Shown: positions 1 through 9,173 of the stretch, piece by piece | How the letters are laid out: every line of letters begins with the position of its first letter | How positions within the stretch are numbered: position 1 is the first letter of the stretch | Source: Malacoraja senta | Lineage: Eukaryota | Assembly (NCBI GenBank): GCA_038087875.1 | Contig: JAXLNO010000675.1 | Location: forward strand, 61,917-81,916 | DNA length: 20,000 nucleotides | Reading direction: 5' to 3' | Translations under genes and position numbers: made by a program | The notes under the pieces: generated by a model | Told to the model about the DNA's origin: nothing | The model's database searches: none | Seen by the model: the letters and a program-made list of their open reading frames with translations, nothing else

Positions 1-44
1 GATCCGTATGACGTCTCAAAGGATACTTCCTCTTTACAGACTTT

Positions 45-1156
45 GCAACCATTGATGTTTTTATCAATCCTGTTTTCGCTTCATCTTCCAACTCTTTAAT
101 ACGTCTCCCGAGATCCTCTCCAAAGAGTAAGTTGGGTAATTGTATATTACTTGGTTTGCAGAGTGCTGCGAATTTCGGATTCATAGTAGGCCGTATAGCA
201 CTTTCCTCAGATAATTGATCTCGAAGTGGGTGCTGCATAGCAACCCCAGTGCTTCCTGATGCAACCTCGTCATCTCTTGGCTGTTACCTGCTATTGTGGT
301 AAAAGCAGTTATTCCAGAACCCAGCAGCTTTAATATTCTCTGCAACTGATTCCAGATAATTTGGTTCACTGCTGCTGCTTTCAGTAACCCACAGTTACTT
401 GGGGTCTCCTGCTTTCTTGCAGTCTCATCCATCTCCTGCTGTTCCAGCTGATGGTAAACCAAGTAATTTATTAAGGAGGCCAGTTCTTCTCCTAATGGCT
501 CTCCTGACCCTGACGGGGCAGCGAATCCTACTGCCAGGGGTGGAACATCTGGCAGCTGCCGTTCATCGCCTTGTACAGCCTCACCGTCAGAGTCGGGGTC
601 TGAAATCTCATGACCCGTAGCACGCTACTCATTCCTGAGGGTGCATTCCATCAGCCCTGAGCCAGGTGCTGTTAAGCTGCTTCCTGCAACTTGGATTACA
701 GTACACACCTTCCTGAGTGAACTTGCTCCAACAGCCTATGGAAAAGGCTTTCCATTTGGGCAATACGCTCGAAAGCAGTATCTAGCCCTGTACCAGGAGC
801 TGTTTGAGCTGCTTCCAGCAACTCGGCTTTCAGTAGACTCCTCCCTGAGTGAACTTTGCTCCAACAGCCTATGTAAAAGGCTTTCTATTTGGGCAATTCG
901 CTCGAAAGCAGTATCTAGCCCTGGAGCTACTTCCATTGCCTGGGACTCCCTCCGTGGGCCGTTGGGGTTTAAACTTCATCTTTTACCCGACAGGCGCAGA
1001 CTGTCTTTTCACCAGCCCCAGGTCCACAGTCGCTATGCTCACCGCTGGCGACTGTGCCGGGGTTTAGAGGCGGTTGGTCTCTAACCGCAGACTCCCGACT
1101 TTCCCGACTTCTGTCGGCTGTGTCGCTCGCCTCTTCCCCCTGTCCGTTTTTTCCAT
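45..1156 (-). pseudogene. Frameshifted gag-like ORF of the DIRS-like element
   Basis: Putative ATG in GCCATGG context at 1156. Fragments 736-936 and 181-462 of the ORF track plus a continuation below 181 in other frames. Multiple stops and frameshifts. Confidence 0.55.
653..937. repeat. ~132-bp tandem repeat, about 2.1 copies, inside the gag-like region
   Basis: AGCCCTG recurs at 653, 784 and 917. CCTGAGTGAACTT(T)GCTCCAACAGCCTATG...CGCTCGAAAGCAGTATCTAGCCCTG occurs twice nearly identically. Confidence 0.9.
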
Positions 1157-1244
1157 GGCGTCAGTGGAAAAAATCCCCATAGACCCACAGTAAACGGACC
1201 TGGAAAACATGAAAAAAGTTTCTACTTACCTTGTAGTTGAAAAA

Positions 1245-2251
1245 CTACAAACCACTGTAGGAGCTCTGCTCCTCACATCCGTTTGCGTCACGGCGTCTGA
1301 CGTAATGACGCGCAGGCGCACTGGCGGGGTTCTTCACGTAGTCACTCACGTGACTCCGAAGTAAAATTGCTCTTATCAGTCGAGTAAACGGATAGATTAA
1401 CACAGTCAAATACTGCTCTCTAAACTTCGTCTGTGTTACTGCATAGATGCACGTGTTTGTGCAACAACTAAGCAGCTGCAGCATAAATCCTATTTCCGAT
1501 ACAAAGGGAGGAAGGAAAAAATCGGAATATCTCAAATTCCATATTCGTTGCCATATTAAATAGAATGTAAATACCGCCCATAACAAAATGAAATTCCCGG
1601 AAATAATGAACAACAATATCACCGATTTCCTTCGATTCTCCATCTCGGGATCACTGGGGCTCTTCGCACTTTTCTGATCCCGGAGTCTCCTGCGGGCTCT
1701 GCTGACCACCAAAATATGTCTGACCGTTAAAGTATTGAGCAGCAGAATCAATACAAACGGGACACAGGGGGTGAGAATATAATGAAGAAACTCAATCGTT
1801 GACCAGGTAATTGAAAACATAACACGGACATCCATGTAACAAAACCAGGGAGTATTCGCCAATGTGTACCAAGATGTGTACATAAAATACCAGTAAACAT
1901 TCTTTACACTGCTCAGCGCACTCATCGTGCCCAGAACCACAGCCGCTGTTTTCTCGGTGCAATATCTATGCTTCAGCTTTTGGCAACAGATGCCAACAAA
2001 CCGGTCAAATGTGAAGGAGACGGTGAACCACACAGAACAGTCGGTCACCGCGTAAAGCAGGACGGCGTGGATATTACACAGGGGGATGAACATCACAACA
2101 TTTATTTGATGAGAAATCGGAATCTGTCTCAATATCAGGTCAAAGATAATGACCAATAGATCCGCCGCTGCCATGGCCACCAGGTAGCGGTTCACACAGC
2201 TGGAGAGACCACACTTTCCTCGACACAGGATCACAATTGTCACCAGGTTCA
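1245..2251 (-). CDS. Class A (rhodopsin-like) orphan GPCR, GPR139/GPR142-like; coding exon 2 (end of TM1 to stop)
   Basis: Open 335-codon frame with TM1 Asn (VNLVTIVIL), TM2 AMAAADLL, Cys at the top of TM3 (PLCNIH), TFDRFVGIC, ECL2 PWFC, TM5 PCVPF, TM7 SCCTNTCIY and helix 8 QTKFRE. It is preceded by a polypyrimidine acceptor TTCTTTTTGCATCATAG|TG at 2253-2252, so the GTG 'start' in the ORF track is really a split codon. Confidence 0.92.
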
Positions 2252-2491
2252 CTATGATGCAAAAAGAATGAACATATTACCAGCGCACTTTGTGTTTCAC
2301 ATGAGTTAAGCTTTGTGAACAAACACACACTACTTCGATACCGTTCAGCAGCAATTCCACCATTACATCTGTGTGATTCTGAAAACAAAGTTTAGTGTTA
2401 TGGGTCTCAACGAATAAGGGTTAATAATACGATATGTGTAATACACTGCTCAATATAAACATCCGTAGCAACGACATGGTCATTTTATGTT

Positions 2492-2619
2492 TCAGAAAGA
2501 ACTGCAGATGCAGGACAAATAGAAGGTAGACAGAAATGCTGGAGAAACTCAGCGGGTGAGGCAGCATCTATGGAGAGAAGGAACAGGCGACGTTTCGGGT
2601 CGAGACCCTTCTTCAGACC
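2492..2619 (-). mobile_element. Short non-autonomous repeat, Penelope-like/retrozyme-like, carrying a minimal hammerhead motif
   Basis: AACTGCAGATGC...ATGCTGGAGAAACTCAGCGGGTGAGGCAGCATCTATGGAG...GACGTTTCGGGTCGAGACCCTTCTTCAGAC is a repeat I recognise from chondrichthyan DNA. It is flanked by a 9-bp direct repeat TTTTATGTT (2483-2491 and 2620-2628). Confidence 0.7.
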
Positions 2620-2620
2620 T
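2585..2620 (-). ncRNA. Minimal type I hammerhead ribozyme motif
   Basis: Minus strand reads AGGU-CUGAAGA-A-GGGUC-UC-GACCC-GAAAC-GUC-GCCU: both core boxes, stem II, a 4-bp stem I (AGGU/GCCU) and a GUC cleavage triplet. Stem III is reduced to the palindrome ACGU. Confidence 0.65.
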
Positions 2621-3589
2621 TTTATGTTGTGTGAAAGCACGTCGATAATCACAGACGCGTGTTCTGTATCAGGCAGGAACCCGAGATTTTATTGGTGTGA
2701 CTCAGATTGGCGCTGACCCGGCGTTTGATGAGTATCGATTAACTTCCAGTTTACAATTCACCCAGATGATGCCTGTCTTTGACTTGGTAACTGACGGGAA
2801 GGTGTGATTACTTGTATCTTTAATCTTGGAGTCGAATTGTAATTGAGGAAAGAGTGGTGTGGTATCAAATGGTCGCACACATGTGAAGTCACACATAGAT
2901 CATAGAGAGAGGGAGCAAAGCCCGAAGTGCAACCCGCATTAACACGGTGCGGTGGAACTGTCTCTTCAATAAAAGTTTTGGAAATCAGTCAATTTAACTA
3001 AACGGCAAAATGAAATTTTATCTGGAACGCAGATTTTAATTCCACGCTAACCACAGAGATGTTCAGTTGACGCAAAGAGGAGACGGGGATAATTTCGACA
3101 GATACATGATTGGTTAATCATTCGCATGGGGTCTGCAGTTCTATACCCGCTCCGCAATTCTCCTGCACCTGCTGTGATAATGTAAGTCAGGAAATCACCA
3201 GGTGAAAGGGCACTAATATGAAACACTGACCAGACCAGTTGCCGCCGCACTTACTTAACTCCTTTAACATTTTGCATTTCTTCTATCCACTGTGACTTTG
3301 TGTGTTCCATCAATTTAGCTGGAACTAGACAATGTGACTCAAGGGACCCACTACAACGTCACTGTACACGAGATCGAACAGTGCAAACACCGGGAAGTTG
3401 CCGATCTCTCTTCGTTTCATCCCGTAAAATGCACTGGTCAACGTGGCCGTAACGATAAGAACTACTCGCGCCTTGATAATCCGTCAGCAGAGCGCGATCA
3501 CACAACTGGAAATGGATATAGGGAGTTTCGAGAGACATACAGCCAGTTTCTCAAATATTCAAGCACAAACAACAAATCTTCTTACTTAC

Positions 3590-3671
3590 CGGGCACACCG
3601 AGAATAGCCAGGATAGGGTAGTATATCTTTTGGATCGCATATACGACTCTAACAATCCATATTACATCCAT
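3590..3671 (-). CDS. GPR139-like GPCR coding exon 1 (MDVIWIVRVVYAIQKIYYPILAILGVP)
   Basis: ATG at 3671 with an in-frame stop upstream. The 82 nt (27 codons + 1) end in CCC G|GTAAGT. The phase-1 donor matches the phase-1 acceptor at 2252 and rebuilds TM1 YYPILAILGVPVN. Absent from the ORF track because it is short. Confidence 0.88.
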
Positions 3672-4397
3672 CTCCTTGTCACCGTTTATCCGCCAATGGC
3701 ATTTAGGTTAATTCCTTATTTTATTGTGGAATGGCTCATTGGAAAGATTCCCTTATTTGAAGGAAAGGGATTATCCCTGCGGGACCGTTGGGTGTCATTA
3801 GTTCCATGTTGATCACAGTCCCTGAGCAAGCCTGAACACAGAGTGTTGCATGATATTGTGAAGTAAGTACCACGTGGTTATTCAGGTGAAGCTCCACAAC
3901 GCTTTACAATTGTTCGGGCACATCGGAGAAAACAAATATTCACCGCATATGTGTTCTCCCTCATCGTGAATCTGCAAACCGCTCACCCTCCACGCCCAGC
4001 CGATTGGACTTTCCCTGTCAAAGTTAAATCTAAACCTCAATATCTACATGGAAAGTTGCGATACGAACCCTCATTTTTCTTACATCTTTGCTTTCGCCAC
4101 CTATTTTTTTTACAGGAAAAACTACACACATTAATGATAAGCGGCGCATTCAAGAGTGCGTTCGTGGTGATTTTTCAGCCCAGAGACGCCCTCGATTCCA
4201 TCATCAGCGATTCTTTAAATGCCCAGTCACTGATTTGCCTTTACTCAACATTGATACTCGTTTACGGAGATCCATATACATGGTCGGACTATATTGTTAT
4301 AGTTAAACGTGATCTCCATCGATATTTTGAAATAATGTTTAACACTGACGTACTCACGAGATAATTCCATTAAGTCCCAGCCAGTAGTGACTAACAT

Positions 4398-5590
4398 TCA
4401 TAGTCACAGTGATAAAGCGTAGAAACAGGCCCTTCGGCCCAACTTGCCCACAACGGCCAACATGTCCCCGCTACACGTCCTACCTGTGCGAAATCTCTCC
4501 TGTCCACGAACCTTTCTAAGTGTTTGTTAAACGTCGGGATAGTCCATGCCTCAACTACCTCCTATGGCAGGTTATCCAATACAGTTACCTTTTGTGTGAT
4601 AAGGTACCCCTTAGATTTATATTAAATCGTATTCCCTTCACTCATCCACTCTGGGGACTATACTGTGTGCAACTATACTATCTAGTCCTCATGATTTTAT
4701 ACATCTCAATAAGAAACCCCCTCATCCTCCTGCGCTCCAATGAAGAGTCTCGTCCTACTCAACCTCTCCCTATAGCTCACACCCTCTAGTCCTGGCAACA
4801 TCCTTGTCAATCTTATCTATACTCTTTCCAGCCTGCCAACATCTTTCCCATAACATGATGCCCAGAACTTAACAAATACTCTAAATGCTGCCCCACCTAC
4901 GACTTATACAACTGCAACATGACCTCCCAACTTCTACATTTAATTATCTGACTGATGAAGGCCAATGTGCCAAAAACCTTTTCGACCACCTTATCTCCCT
5001 GCGACTGCACCTAGAGGAACGTTCAGGAACCACGTACCTGCACTCCTAGATCCCTCGACTCTTCAACCCTCCCCAGAGATCTACCATTCACTTCCAACAA
5101 TGCAACACTTCAAATGTGTCTGTATTAAATACCATCAACCATTCCTCAGCCCACCTGGCCAATCGATCAAGACAATCGAAATTTGCTGGCTTTACCTTGC
5201 ACGAAAAGTTATTCCCTTATCATGTATCTATACACTGTAAATGGATCGATAATCATTTATTGTCCTTCTGCTGACTGGTTAGCACGCAACAACAGTTTTT
5301 CACTGTACTTCGGTACAGGTGACAATAAACTAAAATGAACTAATCTGAAGATCCTGCTGCAACATTTCACAACCATTTTCACTATCTGCAAAACTTCCCA
5401 CTTTTGTACCATCAGCAAACTTGCTAATCTTGCCATGTATGTTATCATCCAAATCATCGATATAGATGACAAACGGTAACGGGCCCGGCACCGAACCATG
5501 AGGCACACCACTAGTCACATGCCTCCAGTCCAAGAAGCAACCGTCCACCATTACCCTCTGCTTCATTCCATGAAGCCAATTTTCTATCCA
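4398..5590 (-). mobile_element. CR1/HER1-like LINE, 5'-truncated and decayed, interrupted at 5173-5347
   Basis: ORF 5330-5566 QRVMVDG..W..VTSGVPHGSVPGPLPFVIYIDDLD..ISKFADGTK is a CR1 RT segment. Minus-strand 3' tail GGGCCGAAGGGCCTGTTTC..CTATGA lies at ~4398-4440. Confidence 0.88.
5173..5347 (+). mobile_element. Short LINE-tail (Rex1/Babar-type 3' end) insertion nested in the CR1 copy
   Basis: Ends with stem-loop CTGTAC-TTCG-GTACAG, GACAATAAA and ACTAA-like repeats. The CR1 sequence resumes on either side with AAGA duplicated (5169-5172 and 5348-5351). Confidence 0.7.
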
Positions 5591-6986
5591 TAAAAGGTGG
5601 CATGTTTAATTTTGCCTTGAATCGATGACGCCATGGGGATAAGTTGTCATTCTAGATCGTCATCAGGGAAATACCAATGGAATTTGTTTGGTTTCAAATG
5701 GAAAGAGTCCTAATGCAATTGAAACGTCGTCCCCGTGCATGGAAACATAACTGATTACAGTCATAATGTCTGACTGTAATGATTACCGCCTGAATGTATC
5801 TTCCGTTTATGAATAATTCAGTAGATGACAATGAAAACACGCGCCACATACCGGAGACACCAGTTTGTGTTCTCGCGTGTTTGTCTTAAACATAATTGGT
5901 TTAAACTAATTTCATGCCTTATTCGGCTTGGATAGTGAATAATCGTTGCAGGCGCAAACAGCCGGAAATCAGATCCGTTTGACTTATTCATTTTATTCTC
6001 CTGCATTACCACCAACTGTCTTGGATTCTAGAATATTTCTCTCTTCCAAGATGACGCCTGGCAGCGGCGAATTTTGCAAACCACCAGAACAGAAAAGGAT
6101 TACCTACAACTCCCATCAACTCACCTGGATCAGGAAAACAGCAGAAATCGGCGCCGTATCAGACTACCTGCTTGGGCACCTGAAGGCTCTTGCGATTTCG
6201 CGATCTCCCGCAGCTGCGTGAGCCCCGGACTCTAAACTTTCCCACGCTCGCTGGAAAACACCCGACCCGTCAGAGGAACGCAGGTACTGTACCTGGAAAC
6301 TCCGGGGTGACCTCCAGAACCGACGAGCAGGATCTTCCAGGAACAACGGAGCTGGAGCTGCCGACTTTGAGGGAACTCCCGTTCGTAACGGAACTGGAGC
6401 TGCGGTCTGTGAGGGAATCCCCGTACCAGCGCAGGTTCGCAGAAACAGCAGGTACAGTAAACACCAGACGTCTTACACAGAGGCATTTACCACCATAGCC
6501 GGGGAGTTCAATAAAGCAAACCTCAAGAAATCGCACCTAAACTCCCATCAACATGTCTCCAGCTGCACCAGAGGACCCTCGACCACTGCTACACCACCAT
6601 CAAGGATGCCTATCGCTCATCCCTCGCCCGCACTTCGGTAAATCTGACCATACCGCGGTGCTGCTTCTTTCTGCCTACAGGCAGCAATTGAAGAGCGCAC
6701 CCCAGAGGTGAGGACTGTACAGAGCTGGTGGGGTGGGGGTGGGTAGGTGGTGTGGGTGGAGGGCAGTGGAACAACTCCAGGACTGTTTGGAGTCTGTAGA
6801 CTGGGCAATGTTCAGGGAATCGGCAACGGACATGAACGAACACGCCACAGTCGTTACAGACCATAAAGAAAAGTGTTGATGACTGCATCCCAACAAAAAC
6901 CTTCCAAGTGTTTCCCAATCAGAGGCCTGGGATGAACTTGGAGATCCGCACTCTTCTGAAGAGCAGACACCGGGCATTCATGTCTG

Positions 6987-7796
6987 TTGATAAAGTGGTC
7001 TACAAGAAGTCCAGATACGACCTTGGTAAGGCCATCAAAATGGCCAAAAGGGACCTGCTGCAAACTGGAGGATGAGACAGAAGTTCGGCAGCTGTGGCGG
7101 GGCGTGAATGCAATCACCTCCTACAAGGCGAAATCAGGAGGTAGCTCGAATGTCGGCGAAACCTCAGTCCCTGATGAGCTCAATGCGTGTTACACATGCT
7201 TTGATAGGGAGAACACTGATGTGCATTCTCGAGCCCCCATTCGCTGTGATGGTATTTCAGTCACAGTCACAGAGGCCGACGTCAGAAGATCCTTCAGAGC
7301 GGTGAACCCTCGGAAAGCGCCTGGACCTGATGGTATACCCGGTCGTGTTCTAAAAACGTGTGCGGACCAACTGGTTGGAGTTTTAACGGACATGTTCAAC
7401 TTCTCACGTCTGAGGTCTGAGGTTCCCACCTGCTTTAAAAGTGCATCAATTATACCGGTTCCCAAGAAGACCAAGGTGTCGTGCCTCAATGAATATCGAC
7501 CAGTGGCACTAACTTCGGTGAGGAAGTGCTTTGAGAGGTTGATCATGGCGCAAATCAGCTTCTACCTCGACAAAAACCTGGAACCACTGCAGTTCTCCTA
7601 CCGCCACAACAGGTCAACGGTGGATGCGATTTTGCTGGCTCTCCACTCCGCTCTGGACCACTTGGAAAACAAAAACTCATATGTAAGGCATATGTTATTC
7701 ATTGATTACAGCGCGGCATTCAATACAATCATCTCCTCCAAGCTGGTGACCAAACTTGCAGAAGTGGGTCTCTGCGCATCCCTCTGCAATTGGACC
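6987..7796 (+). pseudogene. Rex1/Babar reverse transcriptase, N-terminal part
   Basis: ORF 6987-7835 carries RT motifs up to CNWTL, after which the frame runs into the inverted insertion. Confidence 0.85.
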
Positions 7797-8378
7797 CTTC
7801 ATATCGGTGGAACGTGTAGAGCTGCTGGCAAATAACTACGGAGCCCCTGTTTCAATCCGGACACGTAGTGCTGATAGTGTTGAGTTTGAATGCTCTCCCT
7901 GAGACCTCATGGGTACACCAGAGATCCTCCGACATTTGAAAGACGTGCGTGTTGTTCGGCTGATTTGACCGTTTAAGATACGTCGATGAGTGGTAGCACC
8001 TGGATGAGCTAATGGGAATGCTGGGCACGTTGAAACGAACGTTGCCTGTAGGTCCTTGTTCAATGACGGGACATGTAGGAGTCGGGGCTGTGAACACATT
8101 ATGTGACTTTATGATTTAGATTTGAGTGAACGCGTAGTTGAAAATATTCAATGGAATAAATGGTTGAAAAGCATTGCTAAGACATTGCTTATCACTGGCA
8201 GAAATATCAAGTTCATATTCAAGAGAGTTTATTGTCATGTGTCCCTAATAGGACAATGACATTCTTGCTTTGCTTCAGCACACCAGAACATAGTAGGCGT
8301 GAATACAGAACAGATCAGTGTGTCCATATGCCATTATATAAATATATACACACATGAATAAATAAACGGATAAAGTGT
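7797..8378 (-). repeat. Left arm of a ~582-bp inverted repeat; partner is 9174-9756
   Basis: Reverse complement matches 9174-9756 with about 12 differences by manual count. Mirrored ORFs 7836-8099(-) and 9454-9717(+) show the same match. Confidence 0.97.
7805..7980 (+). mobile_element. Degenerate tRNA-derived SINE (HE1-like) 5' part, copied within the inverted arm
   Basis: CGGTGG...GTAGAGCTGCTG (A-box region), GTTTCAATCC (B-box-like), GAGTTTG..CTCCC..TGGGT..CCTCC.ACAT..AAAGACGTGC follow the order I recall for HE1/V-SINE elements. Confidence 0.6.
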
Positions 8379-9148
8379 GCTCAGCCCCCATGCTGTACTC
8401 ATTCTATACTCATGATTGCGTAGCCTGTCATCGCGCGAAATCCGTCATCAAGTTCGCTGACGACACCACTGTTGTGGGACGTATCACTGATGGAGATCAA
8501 TCAGAGTATAGAAGTGAGATCGACCGTTTGACCAAATGGTGCCAGCACAATAACCTGGCCCTCAACACCAGCAAAACCAAGGAACTGATTGTGGACTTTG
8601 GAAGGGGTAGGCTGGGGACCCACAGTCCTGTTTATATCAACGGGTCGATGGTGGAAAGGGTCAAGAGCTTCAAATTCCTGGGCGTGTATATCTCTGAAGA
8701 TATTTCCTGGTCCGAGAACACTGATGCAATTATAAAAAAAGCACATCAGCGCCTCTACTTCCTGAGAAGATTACGGAGAGTCGGTATGTCACGGAGGACT
8801 CTCTCTAACTTGTACATGTGCACAGTAGAGAGCATGCTGACCGGTTGCATCGTGGCTTGGTTCGGCAACTTGAGCGCCCTGGAGCGGAAAAGACTACAAA
8901 AAGTAGTAAACACTGCCCAGTCCATCATCGGCTCTGACCTACCTTCCATCGAGGGGATCTATCGCAGTCGCTGCCTCAACAAGGCTGGCAGCATCCACAA
9001 GGACCCACACCATCCTGGCCACAAACTCATCTCCCCGCTACCTTCAGGCAGAAGGTACAGGAGCCTGAAGACTGCAACGACCAGGTTCAGGAATAGCTGC
9101 TTCCCCACAGCCATCAGGCTATTAAACTCGGCTTGGACAAAACTCTGA
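8377..9148 (+). pseudogene. Rex1/Babar reverse transcriptase, C-terminal part
   Basis: ORF 8375-9148: YTHDC, KFADDTTVVG, LNTSKTKELIVDF, FKFLGV, QRLYFLRRL, LPSGRRYRS, AIRLLN. Confidence 0.88.
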
Positions 9149-9173
9149 ACATTAATAGATTATCTGTTTATTT

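Larger units (their letters stand above)
1..1367 (-). mobile_element. DIRS-like (tyrosine-recombinase) retrotransposon, 5' portion: terminal repeat region plus decayed gag-like ORF; continues left of the window
   Basis: Minus-strand translation across frameshifts gives ...PSNCGLLKAAAVNQIIW..LQRILKLLGSGITA..EALGLLCSTHFEINYLRK/AIRPTMNPKFAALCK..LLF/EDLGRRIKELE, the pattern I recognise from DIRS1-type gag. Composition shifts abruptly to CpG-rich sequence at ~1367 (minus strand ATTTTACTTCGGAGTCACGTGAGTGACTACGTGAAG). The boundary is approximate. Confidence 0.65.
2252..3589 (-). other. GT-AG intron (1338 bp) of the GPCR gene
   Basis: GTAAGT at 3589-3584, ...CATAG ending at 2252; phases are compatible. 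Confidence 0.85.

Noticed and set aside
641..1084. 147-aa plus-strand ORF with an internal repeat
   Set aside because: It is the antisense shadow of the GC-rich, tandemly repeated gag-like region, with no recognisable domain.
1200..1229. Minus-strand GTAAGT...TTTTCCAG resembling a micro-intron just after the GPCR stop
   Set aside because: At 30 nt it is too short for typical vertebrate splicing, and there is no other support.
3951..4364. 137-aa ORF upstream of the GPCR
   Set aside because: Non-ATG start, no recognisable motifs, and a length expected by chance.
4952..4977. CTGATGA-AGGC..GCC-AAAAAC, a hammerhead-like string
   Set aside because: It lacks the GAAA box and cleavage triplet. It is the antisense of ordinary CR1 coding sequence.
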